Assembly (NCBI GenBank): GCA_963840455.1 | Contig: CAWIYV010000004.1 | Location: forward strand, 128,001-192,000 | Origin: Nitrospirota bacterium | GTDB lineage: Bacteria; Nitrospirota; UBA9217 | Reading direction: 5' to 3' | Length of the DNA: 64,000 nucleotides | Shown: one piece after another, positions 29,405-37,972 of the stretch | Layout: every line of letters begins with the position of its first letter | Numbering within the stretch: position 1 is the stretch's first letter | Made by a program: the position numbers and the translations under genes | Notes under the pieces: model-generated | The model's database searches: none | The model's input: only the letters and a program-made list of their open reading frames with translations | What the model was told of the DNA's origin: nothing

Positions 29405-30175
29405 TTATGTATGTCCATGTTCCTTCCCGAGATACGCCTCGATCACCGACGGGTCCTGCTGTATGTCCTTCGGCGCTCCCTCGGCGATCTTGACACCGTG
29501 GTCCAGTACCACCACGCGATCGGAGATGCCCATGACGACCCTCATATCATGCTCGATCAGGATGATGGCCACGCCATTGTCCCGGATCCGGCGGATCAGG
29601 GCCATGAGCTCCTGCGTCTCCTGGGGGTTCATGCCCGCCGCGGGCTCGTCCAGCAGCAGGAGGTGCGGTTCGGTGCCGAGGGCGCGGGCGATCTCGAGCC
29701 GCCGCTGGTCGCCGTAAGAAAGGTTCGCCGCCATGGCATCGTGCTTCGCCTCGAGCCCCGCGAACTTCAGGATGTCCATGGCGCGATAACCCATGCCGCG
29801 CTCTTCCTGCTTCACCTTAGCGGGACGGATGACGGCGCCGAAGAATCCCGCCTTGGTGCGGCAGTGGGCCGCCACCATCACGTTCTCCAGGCACGTCATG
29901 CCGCCGAAGAGCCGGATGTTCTGGAAGGTGCGCGCCACACCCAGGGCCGTGATGTCATGGGGCGCCATGGTCGTCACATCGCGGTCAGTGAAGACCACCC
30001 TCCCCTGCGTGGGCCGGTAGATGCCGGTGATGCAGTTGAAGAACGTGGTCTTGCCGGCGCCGTTCGGGCCAATGATGCTCACGATGCGCTCGCGCTCGAC
30101 GCGGACATCAATGCCTTCGAGGGCCTTCAGGCCGCCGAAGTGCTTGGTGAGGTTTTTGGTTTCCAGTAAGAGCAT
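29405..30175 (-). CDS. livG: Branched-chain amino acid ABC transporter ATP-binding protein
   Basis: GPNGAGKT, RTFQNIRLF, LSYGDQRRLEIARAL. Confidence 0.92.
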   Translation of the reverse strand: MLLLETKNLTKHFGGLKALEGIDVRVERERIVSIIGPNGAGKTTFFNCITGIYRPTQGRVVFTDRDVTTMAPHDITALGVARTFQNIRLFGGMTCLENVMVAAHCRTKAGFFGAVIRPAKVKQEERGMGYRAMDILKFAGLEAKHDAMAANLSYGDQRRLEIARALGTEPHLLLLDEPAAGMNPQETQELMALIRRIRDNGVAIILIEHDMRVVMGISDRVVVLDHGVKIAEGAPKDIQQDPSVIEAYLGKEHGHT

Positions 30176-30199
30176 AGGATCAAATATTAAAAACTACTT

Positions 30200-30923
30200 G
30201 AACACGAATGTCACGAATGGACGAATTGCACGAATAAGAGCATGACAAATACTTGGTTGAGTATTAAGGGAGCAGACAGCTAAAACGAAAATACCACCTG
30301 AACACGAATGGCATGGACAAATTTCACGAATAACATCCGATTATAAAATGGCGGGCTTTGGCTCTTATTCGTGCCATTCGAGAGTTATTCGTGACATTCG
30401 TGACAAGATATCTCTCGTCGGCTTTAACTGAGTGTTGCTCAACCTCTAGTTCACGATCCGCCGAACCTCTACCTTCTTACCTCCGAAATTGATCAGCAGC
30501 CCGAGTTTAAGGCCCGAGGCCTTAAGATAAGACAGTACTTGGCTTTCAAAGATCTTGTTCAATTCCGATACCGCCTTAAACTCAAGCAGGATCTTAGCGT
30601 CTGCGACCGAGTCGAGACGATACTCGCCAATCCTTTCGCCTTTATACATTACGGCCACGATCCTTTGTCTGTCTACCGATACACCTTGATCGGTAAGATC
30701 CCGCTCCATAGCCTCCTCATAGATCTTTTCAGAGTATCCAGGGCCGAGAATATTATGGACCTCATAACAGGCTTGAACGATCTTGTAGGACCACTCTTTA
30801 TGAATGATCCCATCCGGATCATCGCTTTTCTTTCTGTCTTGCGCCGTCATTCGTGACATTCGTCCATTCGTGTCATTCGTGTTACGCCTTGTCCATTGTC
30901 CTGATGCTTCTTCATTCGTGTTC
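30200..30923. mobile_element. Putative element: CACGAAT-type inverted repeats enclosing the GxxExxY gene
   Basis: 30201..30235 and 30849..30883 are inverted with 3 mismatches in 35 bp; additional arms at 30300..30333, 30364..30404 and 30913..30923. Confidence 0.6.
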
Positions 30924-30928
30924 AGCAT
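30446..30928 (-). CDS. GxxExxY protein (PD-(D/E)XK nuclease superfamily); true start may be 30850
   Basis: LGPGYSEKIYE, YRLD...LLEFKAV, QVLSYL, GLLINFG. Confidence 0.92.
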   Translation of the reverse strand: MLNTNEEASGQWTRRNTNDTNGRMSRMTAQDRKKSDDPDGIIHKEWSYKIVQACYEVHNILGPGYSEKIYEEAMERDLTDQGVSVDRQRIVAVMYKGERIGEYRLDSVADAKILLEFKAVSELNKIFESQVLSYLKASGLKLGLLINFGGKKVEVRRIVN

Positions 30929-30935
30929 TACAGTT

Positions 30936-32090
30936 TCACTTGCTCGTCTTCGCCGTTCCCAAAAGCCCCTGGGGACGGAAGATCATCATCAGCACGAGCG
31001 CGACGCCGAAGCCGAGCATGCGGTAGTCGGCAAAATCGCGGAACACCTCGGGCAGCGTGATCAGGAGGAACGCCCCGAGGATGATGCCCGGGATGCTCCC
31101 CATCCCGCCGAGCACGACCATGCAGAGGATCATGACGGACTCGAAGAAGGTGAAGCTTTCGGGCGAGACAAAGGCCATCTTCGCCGCGAAGAACACCCCG
31201 GTCATCCCCGCCCATGCCGAGGCGATGACGAAGGCCAGCAGTTTCAGCCGGAAGGTGTTGATGCCCATGGCCTCGGCGGCGATCTCGTCCTCGCGGATGG
31301 CGACCCACGCCCTGCCGATGCGCGACACCATGAGCCGGTTCATCGCGAAGACGGTGATGATGGCGATGACGAGGATAAGGTAGTAGTAATCGAGGGGCTT
31401 GGAGAAGACGTGTCCGAAGAGGGACGGCCTGTTGATGCGTGAGATGCCGTTTGGACCTCCCGTTACGCTGTCCGAATTGTTCAGCACGATGCGCGTGATC
31501 TCGCCCAGGCCCAGCGTCACAATGGCGAAATAGTCACCGCGCAGTTTCAGCGTCGAAAGGCCGATCAGGAGCGCCATGAAGGCGGCCGAGGCGGCTCCGG
31601 CAACCAGGCCGGGCCAGAAGGGAAGCCCGAACCGCGTTGAGAGGATGGCGTAGGTGTACGCGCCGATGGCGTAGAACGCCACGTACCCGAGGTTCAGGAG
31701 GCCCGTCTGTCCCACCACGAGGTTCAGGCCCAGGGCAAGGACGGCGTACATGGCCGTGAGGGTCAGCACATCGCGGTAGTAATCGTTCTGGAAGAAGGGA
31801 ATGACGAACAGGAGGACAATGAACAGGGAGAGAACAAGTGGCGAACGGGTCCGCGAGAGGAGGCCACCTGCAGCGGAGCGGATTCCCGAGGCCTTGTACA
31901 TCATTGCCTTGAAGGTCCGGGAAACGGCATCGGCCTTCAGCAGGCCCCGGAGCGCCACACCCGCCAGCACGACCAGAACGACCTGGACCGCCCGCCACGG
32001 CCCGGCGAACGGGAACGCCAGCAGGCCCGCCCACAGGGGGAACGCAAGAACGGACAGATACCGCGTTTTGGTCTTCCGGGATTCGCTCAT
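30936..32090 (-). CDS. livM: Branched-chain amino acid ABC transporter permease
   Basis: GLLNLGYVAFYAIGAY, LRGDYFAIVTLG, AIREDEIAA, RPQGL. Confidence 0.92.
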   Translation of the reverse strand: MSESRKTKTRYLSVLAFPLWAGLLAFPFAGPWRAVQVVLVVLAGVALRGLLKADAVSRTFKAMMYKASGIRSAAGGLLSRTRSPLVLSLFIVLLFVIPFFQNDYYRDVLTLTAMYAVLALGLNLVVGQTGLLNLGYVAFYAIGAYTYAILSTRFGLPFWPGLVAGAASAAFMALLIGLSTLKLRGDYFAIVTLGLGEITRIVLNNSDSVTGGPNGISRINRPSLFGHVFSKPLDYYYLILVIAIITVFAMNRLMVSRIGRAWVAIREDEIAAEAMGINTFRLKLLAFVIASAWAGMTGVFFAAKMAFVSPESFTFFESVMILCMVVLGGMGSIPGIILGAFLLITLPEVFRDFADYRMLGFGVALVLMMIFRPQGLLGTAKTSK

Positions 32091-32433
32091 CGTGGAGCGA
32101 AATTATCTCATAACCTCGGTGGGAATTCAAGGAGTAGTTGGACCGGGTTCATGCATGATCAAGCTCAATTTCTCCGAGATCCGCCCTGCCTGCCTTGGGG
32201 TCGACCTACGGTCGACTTTTCCCCCCTTCTCGTTCTCTTGCTGCTACTTTCGCACGCGCTTCTTTCCTTAATCCATAGTGAATTCAGACTCAGGGTCGCA
32301 CTAACGAGCCATTGTCTTCACCATGGACGAAATCACCAAGATGGTAGAAGAAGCGTTTGATGACCTAATTGACCAGATAGACCACGAGCAAGAAGGCAAA
32401 GTTAAGCTTTGCGTGCTCAGACGCCAACGCAGG

Positions 32434-33276
32434 CTACAACACCTGCAGATTGTTCGGGGGCAGCGGCTTGACAGCTGGCGCTGGCGCGCCACCCGCATCT
32501 GGAATGAGCGGGTATACATGGTTGGTCCAATCAATGATGATGTTATCCAGGTAGCTCTTAGTACCTTGGGTGGAATTACCGGTGTGAGCATCTTGCCGGC
32601 CCATTCTCAGCACCAACTTGGAACTTGAAGACCAGTTGTCGGATGCGATAGACTGATTGTAAACTTCCGCATAATTATTATCAGGGTCGAACAAGCTAAG
32701 GTACACTTTTCCTGCAGTTGCGTCTACCTTGCTACTAAACCAATATGTCTTACCAGGAGTAACTGGCTTCTTAGAGGAGCCGTGCACAGTTGAGTTTCCA
32801 ACAGCTGATTCAATCTGTACGCAGGTCGAACACGTATCATCAGCAATGATCTGTGGCGCAACAATCCAAGGGTACCCGGAAGTATTGTCTATGTAGAATA
32901 CGTCGTTAAGTGCATAATTCTTAACCACTCCAATATTGATAAATCCACCGAACGAGATAATAGGGTGATTTGCGGTGGCAGTGAATGTAATATAGTCTCC
33001 GTGCGCATCATCATTGAGAATAAGCGCCTGAGTGCTTGCGCCGCTGTATACAACGCCATTTACTGAGACCGGCCCGCGCAATGAAGTTGCGTTCGTTGGC
33101 CCCACGCTGAGACCGCCATTATTTCTAGCGATAGCCCAGCTTCCACCAACCGCATGCGCCCCACCGATAATGGAGCCTCCTTCGATCTCTAGGTACGCGT
33201 CGACTGCTAGCGCCGCTAACGCAACGCTCGGCATAGCAGCTATACATAGTGTAAGTAACCAGATCTTTAATCGCAT
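32434..33276 (-). CDS. Secreted hypothetical beta-rich protein (low-GC island)
   Basis: Signal peptide, AAGGAG RBS, ends in KPLPPNNLQVL. Confidence 0.75.
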   Translation of the reverse strand: MRLKIWLLTLCIAAMPSVALAALAVDAYLEIEGGSIIGGAHAVGGSWAIARNNGGLSVGPTNATSLRGPVSVNGVVYSGASTQALILNDDAHGDYITFTATANHPIISFGGFINIGVVKNYALNDVFYIDNTSGYPWIVAPQIIADDTCSTCVQIESAVGNSTVHGSSKKPVTPGKTYWFSSKVDATAGKVYLSLFDPDNNYAEVYNQSIASDNWSSSSKLVLRMGRQDAHTGNSTQGTKSYLDNIIIDWTNHVYPLIPDAGGAPAPAVKPLPPNNLQVL

Positions 33277-33308
33277 AGGTTCTCCTTATATACCTGGAGT
33301 AGTTACTG

Positions 33309-34979
33309 TTACGGAGCAGTTACTGTTACGTTCGCGGGAGGCAACGGCTTCTTTACCTGAGTAACCGCTCCTGGGTACGGATAAGCTCCAGCATCAGGTG
33401 CGCTTCCATAGAGCACCTGAACTCCACTAGAGTTCTTATAGAGCCATACATTTTGGCCTGAGGTCCAGCTTATAGAACTTGCAAGAGTTAGAGTATTACT
33501 AGTACGGTTAATTGAAACTATCTGAACTACGTTAGTAGGAGTACCAACTGCAATCCAGTCGGCCTGAACACCTGCATAGGAGGGAGCATATGTGCCATCT
33601 TGGAAGTAGTTAGAGTCCGCTACTGTGAGGGTAGTACCAGGGCCTGAGTTTGTTGTAGTAGTAAGCGCTCCACCAACTCCTCTAGCTGGACTAGTGGACT
33701 GTAAGTGTAGGTCAGGAAGTGCAGAGTTAAACGGGTCCATTACTGTAGCGTCTGTATTAGCATTAACGAACTGTGGGCTAGCCTGAGTGTTTCCATCATA
33801 GTTAGTTGCGAATGTCTGAGAGCTAGTACTCCCTCGATGAGCGGCTACAGTATTAGAGTATAGATTATTCTTTACTACGTTTGAGCTACCACTACTAAAG
33901 TATATCCCAGCGAACTCACTTGAGTTAGTAGTTGTATCTATAGGAGTGGGGCTTACTTTATCGTTGAGGCCCGCGTCGAACATAGTGTTGTTATAGATTC
34001 TATTATTCGAGCCTGAAGTACCAGCATAGGCAGATGTTCCTAATGTATAGGCACTTGCATAATAGAGAGCATTGTATCTAAATATATTATAGGGAGTAGA
34101 CATAGCCACTATGCCCATAGTGGCCTGAGAAGGCGTGACTTTTACTTCACATGTCTTAGCGGCGAATCCAAATCTATTCCCTTCAATAACATTATGCCCA
34201 GCCACAGTATTACCGACCTGGTTAGCCATATACACTACTCTGTTGCCGTATCCAGCCTGCCAGCCTTCATTATGGAGATAGTTATTTCTGACAGTATTAT
34301 ATCCAGTCTCCAGGCCCAGGACGTGATGCCCTCCGTGGTACATTATATTATCTTCTAATAAGTTATATTGAGTTGTATCATTGGAAGTATTTTCATTCCC
34401 TATATCTAGGATTGTTCCATCATCGCTTGTATTACATGAGCCGTAGTCGTGAAAGGTATTATGATGAATCCAGTTGTATTGAGAGTTAGTATCTACGACG
34501 TTCAGCTCCCAGTTCGTTGTAATATAGTTCCCAAAGTTCCCATAGGAAACGATGTTATAGCTGCCGTTCCTGATTACTAGCGCGTGGTAGCTTCCATTAG
34601 AGTTTACACTTGTAACTGTTACGTAGGACCTGCTTGACAGGCTAATAGCCGTGCTTGCGGTGATGGTGATAGTCTCCCCAGGATAGCCTTGGTACGTTAT
34701 CCTAGCTGTATGACTTGTTCCAGACCTAGCAGGCGCTATGCCAGTGGAGTAAGTTCCAGCTCTCAAGTAGACCAAGTCTCCAGCGGTCAAGCTTGAATTA
34801 GCTGTACTCAGGTTACAGGCAGCCGCCCCACTCAGTGGCGTAGAGCCTGAGCAATTAGCCCAAGGTGCGGTACCAGTCGGACTTACCCAATATGTGCCCG
34901 CTTGCGCCAGCACCGGACCGGCAATAGTGAACATGACGATCAGTAGAGCAACGCTCAGCTTACTATTTTTGTTCTTCAT
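33309..34979 (-). CDS. Secreted right-handed beta-helix (pectin lyase-like) protein (low-GC island)
   Basis: YWVSPTG, AGDLVYLRAGTY, Asn-ladder repeats, DLHLQSTSPA, PDAGAY; ends in KPLPPANVTVTAP. Confidence 0.8.
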   Translation of the reverse strand: MKNKNSKLSVALLIVMFTIAGPVLAQAGTYWVSPTGTAPWANCSGSTPLSGAAACNLSTANSSLTAGDLVYLRAGTYSTGIAPARSGTSHTARITYQGYPGETITITASTAISLSSRSYVTVTSVNSNGSYHALVIRNGSYNIVSYGNFGNYITTNWELNVVDTNSQYNWIHHNTFHDYGSCNTSDDGTILDIGNENTSNDTTQYNLLEDNIMYHGGHHVLGLETGYNTVRNNYLHNEGWQAGYGNRVVYMANQVGNTVAGHNVIEGNRFGFAAKTCEVKVTPSQATMGIVAMSTPYNIFRYNALYYASAYTLGTSAYAGTSGSNNRIYNNTMFDAGLNDKVSPTPIDTTTNSSEFAGIYFSSGSSNVVKNNLYSNTVAAHRGSTSSQTFATNYDGNTQASPQFVNANTDATVMDPFNSALPDLHLQSTSPARGVGGALTTTTNSGPGTTLTVADSNYFQDGTYAPSYAGVQADWIAVGTPTNVVQIVSINRTSNTLTLASSISWTSGQNVWLYKNSSGVQVLYGSAPDAGAYPYPGAVTQVKKPLPPANVTVTAP

Positions 34980-35060
34980 GCTAAGCTCCTTTATGGCCCA
35001 GATCAACCTTGTCATATTTCAGCACTGGGAAAGAATATAATGCACTGTCACGTTTTACGA

Positions 35061-35076
35061 TGTGATTCAAATCACG
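35061..35076. promoter_or_regulatory. CRP/FNR-family binding site candidate
   Basis: TGTGA-TTCAAA-TCACG, about 80 bp upstream of the beta-helix gene. Confidence 0.5.
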
Positions 35077-35524
35077 AATGTCCTGAGATTTCTGCCAGAT
35101 AGAGCTCTTTTCTTGTGGCTTAAATCGCCCGTGGAGTCTTTACGGCACGGTCTTGCGGCTTGACAATTACCGTTTTTACCGTTCGCCGTTGACGATCCTG
35201 CTGATAGACGAATAATGAGGTCCATGATGATGAACGGCAATTTCCTGTAGCAGATAGCAATAACGCCCTACTACTTTTCTAGTACTTTCAGCATCGCTAT
35301 TCGTCTTTTTCACAGGTTTTCACGGTAATCTTCGCGGAAGCCTTTCGATGGCTGGACGATGGACATGTATCTCGATCGTCTGCTACCACTGCACTCGCCG
35401 TCCCACTTATAAACGCTGGGGGCAAGACCCCGCAGCAATCCACGGGGAAGGCGCTTGCTCCTTGGATCCATTGACCCGCGCACTGCTGTGTGTCACGCCG
35501 TGTTGCGCCGGTCGTTGTCGTGAA

Positions 35525-35863
35525 CTATTTCTTATGCTGGTGGCAGCGTTTGCAGTTGGCGTTGTCGCCCATGGCGAAGGCCTTTTTCCCGTTGTGGCAG
35601 AAGCCGCAGAACTTTCCCTCTTTCATAAACGCCATGACCATCTTGTCGCCGCCCTTCTTTGTCTGGAACAGCCCCGAGGTGTGGCAGACATCGCAGGTGA
35701 ACCCCTTCTGGCCGTGCTTCGTGCCATCAAAGGTGACCAGGCCGCCAGCGCCGCCGGGAAACGTAAGCACCAGACCTTCGGGGATGGCCGACGACAGAAC
35801 GGGGGTCAGAAGCAGCAGGAGAGGAAGGACAAAATAACAGATGCAGATAAGGTTCCTTGACAT
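35525..35863 (-). CDS. Triheme c7-type cytochrome
   Basis: Signal peptide; CDVCH, CGFCH, CKRCH. Confidence 0.88.
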   Translation of the reverse strand: MSRNLICICYFVLPLLLLLTPVLSSAIPEGLVLTFPGGAGGLVTFDGTKHGQKGFTCDVCHTSGLFQTKKGGDKMVMAFMKEGKFCGFCHNGKKAFAMGDNANCKRCHQHKK

Positions 35864-36103
35864 CGCACACCTCCCGGTAGAATCATTATACTTAGAAGCC
35901 ATTATACCACGGTATTTTACAGAAACAGTACAAAGGAAGTTCCCTCAGAGACGTTGTTTCTAAAATGCTTTTTTGCTTCCGGCCCGGCCTGCGAATGGCC
36001 TTTCAGAATGTTGCTACTTGGACTGCGTAACACATTTACCGGAAGGTAAAGCAACGCAGGAAGCGACGTACTCAATGCACTTCCTTACTATGCAATAAGC
36101 TCA

Positions 36104-36553
36104 TCATACTAACGTTGTTACCAGAAGGATCGTCGCTATTGCAAAAAATATGAACGCGCCGACGTCGAAGAAGAGTTCAAGTTTATACGATTCAGAAACG
36201 TTATCCGCCATTTTGTACCACCAGGTCTTCATATGATCTTCGTCGGATTCACCCACATAGAGGTGCCACATGGCGGTTTTATAGATGAACGCCTCGATCA
36301 CTTGAAATGTCACGCCGAGCAGGAAAAGAACTGCAATGCTGATCAGGTAACCTGAGCCTTGCACTGTGTTCCACAATTCCTTATTTGAAAGGACCAGCGC
36401 CGGCGCACCAATGCCATACGCTATGAACCATGTTCGCAAGGTCTTCGCGAATTCTGCATACGCCTGGTAGTAACCGGTCTCCTCGCGCTGATCTGGAGTT
36501 GAGCTGCTGGACCGTTGCGATGTCTCGTCGGCTGGCATATTTCCCTCCTTCAT
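36104..36553 (-). CDS. Hypothetical 3-TM membrane protein
   Basis: ORF track 36104..36577; three hydrophobic segments; lower GC; start uncertain. Confidence 0.65.
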   Translation of the reverse strand: MKEGNMPADETSQRSSSSTPDQREETGYYQAYAEFAKTLRTWFIAYGIGAPALVLSNKELWNTVQGSGYLISIAVLFLLGVTFQVIEAFIYKTAMWHLYVGESDEDHMKTWWYKMADNVSESYKLELFFDVGAFIFFAIATILLVTTLV

Positions 36554-36744
36554 GCAAATCCCCTTGGGATCAAACACCGGATATATGATATTTGCTCGAA
36601 TGACCTAACGACCCGGACAATACGGAACCAAGGCGTCTCACGCAAAGCCGCAATGGCCTAAAAAATGAATCGGCCACTTAGGGAATTCACGCAAAGGAAA
36701 TCTTAAGACCTGGTTAAAAACCGAGGATGTTATCAAAGTTACTC

Positions 36745-37218
36745 CTACTGCTTTTGCCCCGCGCCTTCCCCTGCCCGCTCCCACATGGCCGACGTGACCT
36801 TCCATGAGCCGTCCTCCTTCGCCAGAAGGACCTCGAAATTATAGGCGCCCAGCGCTTCGGGAAGGATGCCCCCTGCGGCCTCTCCTGTGCCCCGGCCGGT
36901 CAGGATGGCCTGGAACAGGGCCTTGGCCGTAGGACCGGTCACCACAATATCGATGTTCGGCATATAGACCGAGACCTTCTGATGCCGGAAAAAATAAAAT
37001 GCCAGCAGGCCTTTGATGCCGTTGTAGTCATTGCCCTGCGGATCCTGGTAGGACTTCGAGATATGGTCCAATACCGATCGGATCTTCTTCTCTTCGGCTG
37101 CCTGCTGGACGCTGGTGACGACCTTCTTCACCTTGTCCTCCTCTGTTTCCTTGTGGCAGGCCGGGAAAAGCAGGAGGACCGCCAGGAGTATATATAGAAG
37201 ACAAGGAACCCTACGCAT
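36745..37218 (-). CDS. Hypothetical lipoprotein (NTF2-like fold likely)
   Basis: Lipobox FPAC; ISKSYQD...WKVTSA pattern. Confidence 0.7.
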   Translation of the reverse strand: MRRVPCLLYILLAVLLLFPACHKETEEDKVKKVVTSVQQAAEEKKIRSVLDHISKSYQDPQGNDYNGIKGLLAFYFFRHQKVSVYMPNIDIVVTGPTAKALFQAILTGRGTGEAAGGILPEALGAYNFEVLLAKEDGSWKVTSAMWERAGEGAGQKQ

Positions 37219-37313
37219 GGATCATCTCCTTCCGCTTGTCAAGTGCAAACTCGTTGATTGATTGTTATCATATCATAGATCCGATCGTTTTCTTTTCGCT
37301 TTTCCCCCACACC

Positions 37314-37484
37314 GGGCAGCTCGGCCGCGACGACCGTGCGTTATGCATGCTCCAACCCATCGGGAACAAGAGCCGACGTGAAAGCAGTCCGTCCGCAGCG
37401 GAAGCGCTGCCGGGCTCCGCTAAATCGTAAGGGAACGAGCATCCGCATCCGGTACGCTTAGCACAGCGGAGCACCTGGCTGCCC
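37314..37484 (+). ncRNA. Candidate structured RNA or palindromic element, copy 2 of 3
   Basis: GGGCAGC...GCTGCCC closing stem; conserved core AAAGCAG..CCGCAG.GGAAGCGCTGC. Confidence 0.5.
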
Positions 37485-37727
37485 AAAAATGGGGAATCGT
37501 TCTTTCTGCGGTCCGCTCGCACTGCGTTGCAGGCATGCAGTTTGTCCTTGGTTTCCTGTTCTGCTCTGTCCTATCCTCAGCACTTCCGCTGACGCACGTG
37601 CTGGAAACGACACGGTGATTTGCCCTGCATCCGTGACGCATGCCTATGCACCGTCAGTGCTCACGGACCGCAGGGGCTCTGGGAACTACAAGAATCTAAT
37701 CTCTTGAACCTTCCTTACTAAAACCCC

Positions 37728-37899
37728 GGGCAGTCCGGCTGCGACGACTGGGCGTATGCATGCCCTCACACGGATCGATCAAAAAACCGACCCCAAAGCA
37801 GCGCGGCCGCAGGGGAAGCGCTGCAGGGAGGTGCCAGATCATGACGAGAACAAGCACCTGTAGCCTGCATGCTTAGCACAGCGTTGCACCGGGCTGCCC
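37728..37899 (+). ncRNA. Candidate structured RNA or palindromic element, copy 3 of 3
   Basis: GGGCAGTCCGG...CCGGGCTGCCC closing stem; same core. Confidence 0.5.
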
Positions 37900-37972
37900 A
37901 AAAAAGGAGAATCGTTTTTTCTGCGCCAGGCTCCCGTTTGACTTCCGCGTAACGTAAGGCTATATTGACCCT

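Noticed and set aside
30200-30923. CACGAAT arrays as a CRISPR array
   Set aside because: Units are 8-9 nt, tandem and inverted, with no unique regularly sized spacers and no cas genes in the window
32100-35350. Prophage remnant
   Set aside because: Codon usage looks foreign, but no phage structural, integrase or lysis genes and no att repeats were found
36630-36700. c-di-GMP-I riboswitch (ACGCAAAGCC...GGCCTAA)
   Set aside because: The upstream GGCAAA...GAAA stem is absent; the sequence fits a CACGCAAAG-type repeat arm better
37790-37825. SRP RNA domain IV in the core of the 170-nt element
   Set aside because: Only loosely similar; lacks the CAGG/AGCA internal loop and GNRA tetraloop, and occurs in three copies
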